From Blastocladiella emersonii ATCC 22665 (Eukaryota; Fungi; Blastocladiomycota), in assembly GCA_025594325.1 (NCBI GenBank), contig JANHCV010000011.1, positions 1,054,001 through 1,118,000 of the forward strand: a stretch of 64,000 nt of DNA. Direction: 5' to 3'. Made by a program: the position numbers and the translations under genes. Position 1 is the first letter of the stretch, and the number at the start of each line of letters is the position of its first letter. Below, piece after piece: positions 46,120 to 58,563 of the stretch. The notes beneath the pieces were generated by a model. It was not told the DNA's origin. It saw only the letters and a list, made by a program, of their open reading frames with translations, and searched no databases.

Positions 46120-49100
46120 CTAGTCGGCGCGGCCTTTGGCCAGCGCGACGAACCGGCGAATCAGCTCGTCCGACTTGACGCCCTCGACCTCGACCCCACT
46201 ACTCACATCAACCGCGAACGGGCGCGCCGCGTCGATCGCCGCGCGGACATTACCGCAATGGAGCCCGCCGGCGAGCACGAACGGAACGAGGTCCGCGGAC
46301 CCGACTTCGCCGACGAGCCGCGGGACAACCGTGTTCCAGTCGAACGCTTCCCCACTCCCGCCCTTGGCCGAGTCGAGCAGCGCGACCGCGTGGTCGCCGC
46401 CGCGCAGCGCGGCCGGCGCGTCCGTGGGGCGGAACACCTTGATAGCGGGGACGGGCAGGTACCGGGCGACGGCGGGGTCCTCGCTGCCGTGGAGCTGGAC
46501 GACGTCGAGCCCCGCGGTGCGCACCGCCGCGACGATTTCGGCGAGCGGCGCGTCCTGGAATACGCCGACGGTGAGCGGGCGGCCGAGGCGCGCGCGGAGC
46601 GCCGCGAGGTCTGCGGCGGACGTAATCCGGTGGTCGCCGTAGACGGCCGACTGCGCGAGCGCGTCCGCGTTGCCCGAGGCGGCGGCGTGGACCGCGCGGA
46701 CCATGTCGCGCACCTGCTCGGGCGTCACGTAGCGGCGGGTGCCGGGCACGAGGATGAACCCGAGCAGGTCGGCGCCGGCCTCGGCCGCGGTCACGGCGTG
46801 GCGCGGGTCGCGCAGCCCGCAGATCTTGACGAGCGGCGCGGTCGCGTCCTTCTGGTCGTCGATCTCCATGGCCTCGGGAACGGCATCCGCCGCAGTCGAC
46901 TCGGCCTCGAGGCCCCACAGCCCGCGCATGAGCTTGGCGCGGTCCGCGGCGCGCATGAGGTGCTCGCCGACGAGGACCGCGTGGACGCCGGCGCCGAGGT
47001 ACGGGACGACGTCGCTGCGGCCGGCGATACCCGACAGCGCGCAGAGGACGACGCCGTCGGGGACCATGCCCGCGACGCTCGTGGTGGTGTTCATGTCGAC
47101 GTCAAACGTGTGCAGGTTGCGGTTGTTGACACCCACGATCCGCGCGCCGGAGTCGAGCGCGCGGCGCATCTCGGGGGCGTTGTTGACCTCGACGAGCGCC
47201 TCCATGCCGAGCGCGCGCGTGGCGGCGAGCAGCGCGTGCAGCTCGCCGTCGGTGAGCATGGCGACGATCAGGAGCACGGCGTCGGCGCCGGCGACGCGCG
47301 CCTCGACGACCTGGTACTCGGAGAACACAAAGTCCTTGCGGAGGACCGCGGGCCGGTCCGCCCCAAAGTTGGCGGCGAGGACGCCGTGCACCTCGCGCAG
47401 GTCGTCGAGCGAGCCCTTGAACCACGTCGGCTCGGTCAGCACCGAGATGACGGCGGCGCCGGCGCGCGCGTACTCGAGCGCGCGCAGCCCGGCGTTGGCC
47501 GCGCCGTCGATGATGCCCTTGGACGGGCTCGCGCGCTTGACCTCGGCCATGACGGCGGGGACAGGGGCGCCCGCGCGCGTCAGCCGCGCGTACACGTCGA
47601 CGGGCGCGGGGGCGGCGCCGGCGGCGACGAGCGCGCGCAGCTGCGACAGGGACCGGCCGGGAACCTCCATGGCGGCGGCCACGTCCAGGCGCCGCTGGCG
47701 GTAGATCTTCTCGAGGATCGTCTCGGAACCCGCCGCCGCCGGCTTCTTGGGCGAGGCCGACCCGTTGGTAGCAGTCTCGGCGACGCCGGCGGTGAACGAG
47801 GCGTCGTTATCGGCCCAGCGCCCGCCGCGCAGGGCGAGGAAGTTGCGGACCATGGCGTGGCCGTGCTCGGACATGACGGACTCGGGGTGGTACTGGACGC
47901 CCTCGACGGTGAACTCGCGGTGGCGGACGCCCATGACGTGGCCGTCGGCGGTCCACGAGGTGATCTCGAGGCACGCGGGCGCCGTCTTCTCGTCGCCGGC
48001 GAGCGAGTGGTACCGGGTGACGCTGAACTGCTGCGGGAGGCCGCGGTACAGGCCCTTGCCGTCGTGCTTGATGGGCGACGTCTTGCCGTGGACCACGGCG
48101 CCGGCGTGGGTGACGGTGCCGCCGTACACGTGGAACATGGCCTGCTCGCCGAGACACACGCCGAGGATCGGCACCTTGCCGGCGTAGGCGCGGATCACGT
48201 CGCACGACACGCCCGAGTCGGCCGGGTGGCCGGGCCCGGGCGAGATGACGATGTTGCGCAGCTGCAGCTTGGCGATCTCGGCCAGCGTGATCTGGTCGTT
48301 GCGGTACACGACGACCTGCGCGCCCTCCTCGCACAGGTACTGGTACACGTTGAACACGAACGAGTCGTAGTTGTCGATGAGCAGCGTCACGGGCTTGGTC
48401 GGGTCGGCCTGCGGCAGCTGGTAGATGGCGTTGGCGGAGCGCAGCGTCGGCAGCTCGCCGTCGGCGTACGTCTTGAGGACGGGCGCGGGCGCGCGCGGCT
48501 TGGTCGCCTGGGGCACGACGGCACCGCCAGCGGGCACCGGCGGCTCCTGGAGCTGCAGCTGGTAGTAGTACTCCTCGGCGCGCTCGAGGGCGGCGACCGA
48601 CGACATCATCTTGTTGATGGTCTCGACGTATTCGTCCTCCTGGTTCGAGTCGTAGACGATGCCGCCGCCGGCCTGCAGGTACGCGTTGCCGTCCTTGAAG
48701 ACCATGGTGCGGATCGCGATGCACGTGTCCATGCCGCCCGAGAAGTCAAAGTGGCCGACGGCGCCCGCGTACACGCCGCGCTTCTCGCCCTCGAGCGTGC
48801 GGATCAGCTCAATGGCCTTGACCTTGGGCGACCCGGACACGGTGCCGGCGGGGAAGATGGACCGGAACGCGGTGAAGGGGGTCTGCTCGGGCCGCAGCTC
48901 GCCCGACACCACCGAGACAATGTGCATGACGTGCGAGTACCGCTCAATGTGCATGAGCGACTCGACCTTGACGCTGCTCGGGTCGCAGATCCGGTTCACG
49001 TCGTTGCGGCCGAGGTCGACCAGCATGATGTGCTCGGCGCGCTCCTTGGGGTCGCCCAGCAGGTCGGCCGCGAGCGCGTTGTCCTCGTCGGGCGTCTTGC

Positions 49101-50176
49101 CGCGCTTGCGCGTGCCGGCGATCGGGTGCGTGTACACCTTGCGGCCGTCGACCTTGGCGAGCATCTCGGGCGAGGCGCCGACGATTGAAAAGTCCTTGAG
49201 GTCGAGGTAGAACATGTAGGGCGATGGGTTGAAGGACCGCAGCTGGCGGTACGCGTTGAACGGGTGCAGCTTGGTCGGCAGCCGCATGCGCTGCGAGGGC
49301 ACCGCCTGGAAGATGTCGCCGTCGACAATGTGGTGCTGCAGCGTGCGCACGAACCCCATGTACCCGTCCTTGCCGACGTTGGACTCGGCCGTCGGCCGCT
49401 CGGCGCGCGGCGGGATCGGCGCCTGCGCGGGGACGGGCACGTGGTCGGCGCTCAGCGTCGCGAGCAGCTGCGCGAGCCGGTGCGTGGCCTCGGCGTAGCG
49501 CAGGGAGACGTGGGCGTCGACGTCGGCGGGCGCGACGGAGTCGACGGGGACCTGGATGTGGGTGACGACCTTGATGACGTGGTGCAGGTGGTCGAAGACG
49601 ACGAGCGAGTCGCAGAACAGGAACACGGACTCGGGCAGGCCGAGCGTGTCTTTGAGCTCGCGGCGGGTGCGCGGCTCGAAGTACTGGATGCAGTCGAAGG
49701 CGACGAACCCGACGGCGCCGCCGGTAAAGCTGGGCAGGCCGGGGACGGGGACGAACTCGACGGCGGCCAGCTCGCGCTCGAGCGGCAGTAGCGGGTCGCC
49801 GTGGACGCGGAAGGCCTTGCCCTCGCCCGTGACGAGGATCTCGTACGGGTTGGCGCCGATGAACGAGTAGCGGCCAATCTGCTCGCCGCCGTGCACCGAC
49901 TCGAGCAGGAACGAGTAGTCGGCGGCCTCGGCCACCTTGAGGTACGCCGTCACGGGCGTCAGCAGGTCCGCCGGCAGCGTCGCGTACACGGGCACGTAGA
50001 CGGTCTTGCCGCGGGTCCCCGCGGACTGCACCTTGGCCACGGCCGCGTGCGCGAGCGACTGCACCGAGTCGAGCGCCGGCTGCAGCTGCGTTGGCTGTGG
50101 GTTGCGAGGGGGCGTTAGTGGGCGCCGGATCGGGCTCGCTGCTGACAGAGCAACGTACGGTCAAGCGAGTGGTCAT
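46120..50176 (-). CDS. Tetrafunctional tryptophan biosynthesis protein TrpE-TrpG-TrpC-TrpF (anthranilate synthase I + glutamine amidotransferase + IGP synthase + PRA isomerase), about 1330 aa
   Basis: TrpE: FLLESVHGGEQIGRYSF, PIAGTRKRG, EHIMLVDLGRND, FPAGTVSGSPK. TrpG: LIDNYDSF, ISPGPGHP, GVCLGEQ, QYHPES. TrpC: AEVKRASPSKG, LRKDF, GVNNRNL. TrpF: VKICGL, VQLHGSE, LAGGL, DVSSGVE. 6-codon first exon, intron 50095-50158. Confidence 0.95.
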
Positions 50177-50226
50177 GGCGGTGGTGGTGGCTCGCAGTCG
50201 GACTCGATGCGAGGGGAGGAGAGCGA

Positions 50227-50261
50227 GACGGCTGACGGCTGACGGCTGACGGCTGACGGCT
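50227..50261. repeat. Heptamer microsatellite (GACGGCT)5 in the TRP 5' region
   Basis: Five perfect copies about 50 nt upstream of the ATG. Confidence 0.9.
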
Positions 50262-50731
50262 GGACCGGGACGAGAGCGACAGCATAAAGTTAGCCAGGGT
50301 TCCTGGTTCATTCATCCATGAAGCTGCATGTTCAAACACACCAGTCGTGGGGGGACGAGTGCGGCCGTGTGTATGGTGGTGATCAGGCTGGATCAGGCTC
50401 GGAGCGGGGAGAGATGGGATCGCCGGCGAGCGGGCAGGCGGGTGGGGCTCTCGGGGCTCGGGCCGAGCGGGCGAGCGAGTTTGTCACGCCCGGGTGGTGC
50501 AATCGGCGCCGTCTCGGGCCCGGGTCGGCGCAGGCAGCGGCAGCGGCGTCCCAACACGCGCCGCGCGGCGTAGCGCGGGTCAAGCCGATCGCCCGGGGCT
50601 GAAAAAAGAGTCAGATCACGTGCCGCACCCGAAAAAATCGGCACGTGCGCATTTTTTCCCGCCGCGAGAGCAAGAGGAGAAGGCGCGACGCGCTCCTCGA
50701 CGCGTCTCCGCCCTCACCGACGATAACAACC

Positions 50732-51494
50732 ATGAGTCTCGCCCGCCAAGGTGGCCATGAAACTTGCTGCATGCATCGAGCGCCGAGTCACTGAGCGCGC
50801 TGACGTGCTGTGTCGTCGCGCGTGAGTGTAGCCTCCAGCAAGTCGTCGCTCGACCTCGGCCTGCCCGCCGCGCAGAGCGACGAGACGATCCAGTCGTACG
50901 CATCGACGCTGCTCGACTCGACGCGTGACCGAGGCTGACTGTGTCGACACGTAGTATCCACGATGCGCAGTCGCTGCGCTTCGACATGGTCATCGGCGAG
51001 ATCGAGAACATTCTGCTTGGTACGCGGCCTGTGGTACGCTCGTTCCTGGGATTGACGCTGATGCGAGAAGGAGTAGATCCCGAGTTCATCAAGATGCAGG
51101 ACGGCTTCTTCGACGCGCACTGCCACGAGTTTGAGAACAAGGACGAGAACAAGCTGATCTGCATGGACATTTTCCAGCGCTACGTGCGTACTGTCTCCCC
51201 CTGCTCCAATCATCGGCTCCCACTGACCCTCTCAAGCAGGTCCGCCTCGTCGAATCCTACCTCGACTCGCGCCTGCGCGCCGTCTTCGCGTGGTTCAGCA
51301 TGGCCGAGTTCATGCAGCAGTGCCGCGTCTTCGTGCGCTCCGACGAGGGCGCCGCGGGCGGCGACGTGTTCGACGTGCTGGCCTCGCTCGGCGACTTTGC
51401 CGCATTCAAGGAGATCATCCTCGCTTACCGCAACGGCCGCGAGGGGACCGCGCCGGATTTCAGCGACCTCCTCCACACGAGCCGCGTCGGCTAG
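50732..51494 (+). CDS. ARL2BP: ARL2-binding protein / BART domain protein
   Basis: Spliced FDMVIGEIENILL|DPEFIKMQDGFFD...EFENKDENKLICMDIFQRY...DVFDVLASLGDFAAFKEIILAYR. The first exon is tentative. Confidence 0.85.
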
Positions 51495-51962
51495 CGAGGC
51501 CGGAGCGATAACCCATCATCATCTTCACGAATGTGCATACCTTCACTTGATTTCTGACTCGTGGCAGTTTGACTGGATGTGGTCCGAACGCATGGCGCTG
51601 GCGTGGTCTGCGCTGCCAGAGCCGTCCGCGCTGATGGTTGTAAGTGGCCAGACGACAATGAGTGACGCGTTCTCGCATGTCGCGGAACTCGCTAGAGAGT
51701 GAAGCCACACATTACGGTCCCAGCAGACGTATGGGAAAACCTGAAGGCGGAAAGAGCAGCGGCCGCTAGGTGAAACGTGTCTCGCAGCGATCACATGATA
51801 TTGAAACGCGTCTCCTCCTGTTGCGACCGCCCACGCCGCGGCTGCCAATCTATAACGATGCAAGGTCTGAACTAAGCTCGTGGAAAGACAACAAACAGTG
51901 CGGGAGTGTATCTGGAACGAGCGATCAACGCATGCAATGAACACGAAAAGCAGGCAGAGGTC

Positions 51963-54305
51963 CTAGAGCGCATGCAACGAACCTTGGATCAGGGCGTCGT
52001 AGGCCTCCATGAAAGTGGAAGAGCTCGCGGTGGTGGGAGCGAGGTGATGCAGACCCTCGCGCACACTCGGCGGGGGTGCGTCGTCCTGGATCGGCGCAGC
52101 GGCAGTGATATCCAAAGCTGTGACCTGCGTCGCGAGCGCGGCCAGCTCTTGCGGGGTCGCGACACCGTCGAACACGCCGGCAGGAAGCTGTGCCCAGGCC
52201 CGCAGTGCGATGCCGAGGTTGTACGGCTTCTCCAACACGGCGTCAAGCATCGCGCGCGGTATGGCCGACGCGACGGCGTGTGCGACCTGGAGCAGCGCCG
52301 CGTTGCGGTCGCAGCAACACTTGGGCAATCCGGGCGTCGCGGAGTCGCGCTCCGCGACCTCGTGTTCAGCTGCAGACTTGACGAGACACGCCCACACGCG
52401 CTCGGGAAGCATGGCATCGTTCGCGTCGTCAGGTGACAACGGAAACTCATCGATTAAGGTATCCAACGTGTAACGCCAGGCCGAGTGCCACGAAAACGGA
52501 CAAGTCGAGCAAACGGCAAGACCGGGCAGCTTACCGCTGACGCGGTCCCGGTTGCTGCGAAGTTGGTCCGCGTCAAACTCGAGCGACAAGATCATCGCGC
52601 TGCGGATCTTGGAGCCGCAACCAGCAACTCGCATCTTGTCGACCGCCGCGCCGCGGAGCTGCCGATCCGACATAGCTGCGACAGCGAGGCGGGCGAGATT
52701 CACGTGTGAGATTGGGAGCAAGGCATCGTCCTGGACCCGCATCCGGCGCAGGACCATGGTGAGCAGGTCCAGCGGCTTCTCAACCATGTCGCCTGCAAGG
52801 AGATTGGTGTACAAGTCTAGACGACCACCGGAACCGTGGGCGCCCGTTTCCTCGTCCATGCAAGCAAAGGCTTTGTTCAAGTCGGACCGGCTCACAAGAC
52901 CCGTCTTGACGAGTCGGCCAAGAATTTGCTGGACCGAGCTGGCGCGACGAAGGCAAGCCTGGAAGGCTAAACGTTGCCAGGAATCCAGTTAGTGCTCGGG
53001 GCCCTGAGCCGCTCGCTCGAACAATGTGGTACCAGTCTGTAACATCGTGCTCCATTGCTCCGCATCGAGCTGCCCTTTGAGAGCGACCACCGCGTCGCCC
53101 TTGCTTTTTCGTCCCAGCGCGGCAAGAAGTTTGAGTCGCAGCACGTCGGGAACGAGGTCGTGCATCAGAAGATGCTCCACGTTGGCAGGTGAAAGCAACC
53201 CTGCAGTCAACCACTTTACGCATGCCTGGAACATCGGGCGTTCGACCGCGCAAGAGGTAGATCCGTCGTCGCGTGTAAGAGTGAAGACCTCGCTACGTTG
53301 GGAAAGGATCGTGAAGAAGCAAACGGGACCGCCCAAGAACACGGTTTCATTGAACAGGTCCGATCCCGCGAGGTCGCGCTCTCCGTCGTGAGCGTGAAGC
53401 CACATGATGACCTGAGCAAGCTGGTCCGGAACACCACATAGCTTGACCGGAAAATCGAGATACATGTGCAACAGCCGATCGAGGTTGCTCTGAGCCAAAA
53501 GTGGGGCGATAGCTCCCGGAGCAAACCCAAACCGCGATTCGAGCTCGAGAGCCTCGAGCGAGCGAAATTGCCAGTTGACGACGGCAAAGAAGCCGAGCGC
53601 GTCGATGAATCGGGTCGGAAGCGGGACAAAGATACGCGTTTGGCGTCTGAGAAACTCGCGCAGCGTCGAGCCCTTGAGATGGGCAACGACCCACCAGTGC
53701 TCGAGGTCCGTGGTCGCATTGAGAAGGTCCGGAAAGTCCGAGAGTACGATGCCGAGAACGTGATGGAGGAGGTCGACCTGGCCGGTTGCGGCGGCCCCAA
53801 ACGCGATTTGAAGGAAGGCCGGGAGAGCGTGATAGCGAGGGTGCTCGTTCGATTGAGCGCAATAGTGCGTGAGCAGCTTGTCCAGAGAATCCGTGTCGAA
53901 TTCGCTTGTCGGGGCACGGATCCGGTGCGAGAGCGAGGTCGCGAAGAGGGCAATCAGCGAGGCATTTGAGGTCGAACTGGCACTGCCCATCAAGTGGTAG
54001 ACGGTAGAGAAAGCGCAGTTGTCAAACAGTCTCGCGTAGCGAAGCGCAGTTTCGTCGGGTACGGATGAGGGTACACGAGCTGGCTGAGCCCCGAGCTGCT
54101 GAGCCAGAGAATCCGCAGCCCGATCGACCCAGTGGAAGGTGATGTGCTTGTCTTGGACCAAGTGGTGAAAGCATGCCGATGCGGCGCAGACGATGGCGCG
54201 CGGGGCAGCGAGCCGGACGATGACACCGAGGATCTCGGGCGGCAGATAAATGTGCGCAAGAGTGGACAGCGGCGTGCCCGCGTTGGATTGCATGATGTGC
54301 TCCAT
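51963..54305 (-). CDS. F-box-like / ankyrin-like orphan family, subfamily 1, copy B
   Basis: MEHIMQSNAG...YLPPEILGVIVRLAAPR. The apparent TAA at 52989 lies in a 66-nt intron 52967-53032 (GTACCA...CACTAAC...TAG) at the same position as in copy A. C-terminus FMEAYDAL is shared with A. Confidence 0.75.
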
Positions 54306-55511
54306 TGCAATATGTGGGCGAGGATCGCTTGAGTGTGGGGAGGGAATGCGTTCGTGGGCGCCGCGACGCGTGAGAACACGCGACGCTTTTTCAACGCGAG
54401 CGTCACATGGGCGGTCACATGATTGTTTGCCGCGTCTCGCATCGGGCTCGCGGTGCCGAAATGCGCTGTTTGCCGTCCAAGCGCAAACACAATCTTTTTC
54501 TCGCGTTGCCGAGGCCGCCGCCAACGAAGAGTAATCGTTGACCCTGACCTGCGCGGACGTTCCCACAGCGGAGGTTTGCGTGCGCACTGCCGCGGCGATC
54601 TTGGCAACCACTGGAACTGTCAATCGCCTTACTCACGCACAATGAAGCATCGCACTATGCCGACCGGCTGATGTCGCTCAAACCACAAGGCTCAGCGCAC
54701 GAGCAAGATGCATGGGGCGATCCAAACGAGTGTTGGTATCGCGGAAACAAGTCGTGTGTTGCGGAGCGGAAGGAGTGGAGGATACTGCCTGTAGATGATC
54801 GGGGCAGCGAGTAGCGAGAAGAGAAGTGGGAGGCGACCAGTGTCGCACGCGCCGCGCGACGCGTCATTCAGGCGGCGGTACGTGGGACCGAGATGTCTCG
54901 CGTCCTGCGCCGATCCGTCAATCAGAACCGATGCGACGAAGGAAAGCCTTGAAAGCTACAAAAATGAATTGCGCGAGATATCCCAGTAAGCGCATGGGAA
55001 ACCTGAATCGCTAGCGAGCAAACCCGTAGTGGCCGCCACAAAACCCGGAGCACCCAAATTGGCGCGAATTGGGCCTCAATTGCGTTCATACGAGCGGCGG
55101 CCGAATTGGGGTTTTCATAACGGTCGAACTCGGCCTCAATTGGGCTGATATGGCCTCAGTTGGGCGAGGCGGCTCAATTGATTGCAATCGGCCCCGATTG
55201 GTCCCGTTTGGGCCCATATGGCTTGTTTTGGTACCGACTGGGATCAAGTGATGGCCGGGCGCGTATCACGCGCGAATAGGGCTATGGTGTGCATCCTGAT
55301 GCCCATTCTGATGGTTTGATGGCCTGGATCACGTGTCGCCGGCGTGACCGCGTATATTCATATCGCAATTGATCAATTGCTTTCACCGTCATGAAGTCAC
55401 GAGAGTCACGAGATGCTGAATAATGATATATCGTGTCGTAATCCGACCGCTCGCCCCGCGCCCCGCGCCCCGCCCGCTCGCCCGACGCCAGGACCCACAC
55501 GCGCGCCGCTG

Positions 55512-56350
55512 CTACTTCTTATTCTCGGGGCCGATGGTCACGCTGAGCTGCTCCTCTGCCACTTCCCGCGCGTCGAAGGCGTCCTGGGCGTGGAGCGCGT
55601 CGACCACGGCCTTGTGGGCCGCCGTCGCCTTGTCCTTGTCCTTGTCCATGGACTCGTAGGTACCCTCGTGCGCCAGCGCAATGGCGAACCTGTACGCCTA
55701 GCGGTACGAGCGCCGCCGGTCAGCGAGTAGGGCATCGCCTAGGCAGCGAGCGCGTACAAGGACCACGATGGCCGCGATGATCTCGACCGCGTACTGCTTG
55801 ATGGTGCCAGAGTCGTCGGCCGAGACAGCGGGTGCGTGTTCGGGCTGCATCCACGGCTTCATGTCGCTCTCCTTGTTGCGGCTCGGGCAGTGCAGGAGCT
55901 GGATCATGGGCGCGAGGTCCTCGATGAGCTCGTCTGTTCAGAGCGTGCGCGCGAAGTGGGGGAGGATCAGGATCGAGCACATCGCACGCGGGGTCATAGC
56001 GCGAGCGAGCCGGCTTGCGCGGGGGCCAGCAGCGGGACCAGCACGTACGAGATGATCACGGGCGCCTGGGTCACGCTGCGATCCGACGGCGGCCGCGCGC
56101 GTTGGCAATGGTCTTCGACTCCTACACGACTGAGCCGTGGTGAGCAAAGGCCCCGAGGGCGACCCACGCGCGACGTACCAACTCGTCGCCGCGTTTCCCG
56201 CGCTTGGTCTTGTGCGAGAACTTGTAGCGGCGCTTGTGGAACAGCTTGACAAACGCCTCGTCGCCCGACGGCGTGTAGGGGCCGCGGACGAGGACGAGCG
56301 TCTTGCGCGCCAGAGTGAAGGCCTTTCCGGGCGACTTGACCACGCGGGTA
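55512..56350 (-). CDS. Multi-exon hypothetical ORF inside the element (passenger or accessory ORF)
   Basis: Host-like codons and GTACG/TAG introns. Segments: VVKSPGKAFTLARKTLVLVRGPYTPSGDEAFVKLFHKRRY; ELIEDLAPMIQLLHCP...AIVVL|AYRFAIALAHEG...ENKK*. Exon joining and 5' end unresolved. Confidence 0.4.
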
Positions 56351-57739
56351 GCGGGCTGGACACGCGATGGCGTCGGTGGCGATGAGGGCGAGTTCACGCG
56401 CGGCGCATGTGGCGGACGGGGCGGAACACGGCGACCGTCGGCGCCGACGTGGTCCTGGAGCGAGAAAGGCGGGCAGGTGTGAGTGGACAAGCGTCTTGAG
56501 CGCGAAGCTTCGGGCGTAAGGATGTAGGGAGGGGAAGCTTGCGACGTGGACGCCGCACAATCGCGCCGCACCGCGCCGTTCAAGGCAGGCTCGCGGCGAC
56601 AGCAGCGCGTTGGCAGCGAGACCAAGTCGGGCGGGAGATGGGCGAGAAGAATGCGAGGCCGAGTCGAGCGGGAGATGGGCGGGGCGAATGGGAGCAGGGA
56701 GCAAATGGGCGGGCGGGAGCAGGACGGCGTACGTCGACCTGGCCTTGACCCGAGCCACGGGTCACGGTCGCCTCGAGGGTCGACGGCATCGGCACCACGG
56801 CTTGCACTGCGGCTAGTTCCACGGCCGCGGCCGTGGCTGCCGCCGCTACGCGACTCGCAGGGCCAGTCGGGGACCGGCCACGGTCGTGTCTCGAGCAGCG
56901 ACACGGTGGCGAGCGAGCGCTTGAGCCACTGCGACCGCGAGCGTTGCCGTCCGAGGTGCCACTACAGCCGCCAGCGCAAGACGCGGAGGGTGAGACCGAG
57001 CGGATAGCGTCGCGGCGTCGTGGGCCGCACCTCAGCTACGGCGGCGACGTGCGTCCGTGCGCGTCGCAGATGGAGGAGCGAGGGCGATGCATGGCGCTAC
57101 GTGGAGCCAATGGTCGTCGGCGGGAGCGGGAGCGGAAGCGCGGGCGACGCAGCGACTTTGAGCCGGAATGGATCCAAGACACCGACCACCGGCGCGCGCG
57201 CGCGCGCGGCCAAGTCGCATCGTTCTCAGCGATCAGCTGACCGCCCGATCGCGCCTCGTTCAGTGAGGGAGGACGCGACGCGCCACGGGCGCCACGAGTG
57301 CCGCCACCGCTCGCCGACCCCGCCGACCCCATCTTCGCTTCCACGACACTCTGCAACGTCCTTAACTTGATGCAAACTCATGAAACTAGCCGGATGCATA
57401 CGGCTCTGCGTGTAGCTGCGCTCCGCCGCTACTTCACCAAGTCGGCCTTGGACAACGGCGACGTTTGCGCTTCCTCCTCCCACCGCAGCCTCTTCACCCA
57501 AGCTGGGACCTGCTCGTCGTCGACCTGCACAATTGGGCGACCAATCTTAGAGTATTCTGCACGGGCGGGTGCTGACGCGAGCTGTGTGAGAGAAAGCGCG
57601 CCTTGCACATCGAATGCCGCCTTCTGCTGCCCACCATCGAGTCAGTTGACATGCGCAACGGGGCCCTGGACTGAGAGTAGTTGCTCTGCGCGGCTGAGCG
57701 ATACGCTCTCGCTTCTGCTGCTTCCAATTTGTTTGGAGC

Positions 57740-58563
57740 CACCTTGATCCACTCGCGCGTCCGTGTTGAGGCACCCGCGCACCCCCTCGCCCAGCAGCTC
57801 AACACGCTCAACAACTTCGAGCAGGTCGCCATGGTGGGCGTCATGAACGTCATCGACGAGGCCGGCGGGAACAGCGGCGCACGACGGCGCTACGATCATC
57901 GATGCCCGTTGTCGCCTTGCTCAAGGTGTACCAGACGGTTATTTTGGCGAAACATAGCGAGCTCCTCGACGAAACGGTCCAGGAGTTCATACGCGCGCGC
58001 GTCTTTACGCTGTACGGCTCGCTTCGCTGGGATACCATGATCGTACGTTTTCGCGTGTGTGACGCGCGCCCGTCGCTGCGTCGATTCACGCGCGCAGTCG
58101 CTGACGGGTGCTCGCATGCTTGTAGGTCCGCCTTGACGATGGCCAGCGGTGCTTTGTCGAGCCGCGCATCTTCCTCGAGTTTGACTACGAGGATGGAAAG
58201 GACACCATGTACGCCTTCAACGTCGTGTTCGGCTACCACCTTCAGCGGCAACTCAACGGGCCGCACGACGACCTGGGCTACCTCAAGCTCACGCGAAGCG
58301 CCGCGCCCTTTGCCGTGTCGGCCGCGGCCGTCGAGGTCGCTGCTCATGTCGTGCCCGCGTTCTCTGCGACGACGAGCGCGCAAAAGGTGCTCAAGGAGCT
58401 CAAGATGCCGTTCGTGCGTCCCGAGAAAGGCGCCCGCTCCAGTGGGTCGCGGGCCACGGCCGCGCGCCAGAGCCACTTCACGCGCTTCTGGCTCAACCCG
58501 TGCGTGAGCCGCGACCAGTACCACATCGGCGAGCTTCCAGGCTTCCTGGACTCGATCCGCTAG
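57740..58563 (+). pseudogene. Remnant resembling the C-terminal region of Plavaka/CACTA-type transposases
   Basis: IRARVFTLYGSLRWDTMI|VRLDDGQRCFVEPRIFLEFDY...VEVAAHVVPAF...RFWLNP parallels the remembered RYDCVFV...VARVRLFFSF...RAAHLIP...FYVN pattern. Frame break near 57890; no catalytic core seen. Confidence 0.5.

Noticed and set aside
52989-52991. Apparent premature stop making copy B a pseudogene
   Set aside because: It falls within a 66-nt intron with a good donor, CTAAC branch point and acceptor, at the same position as in copies A and C.
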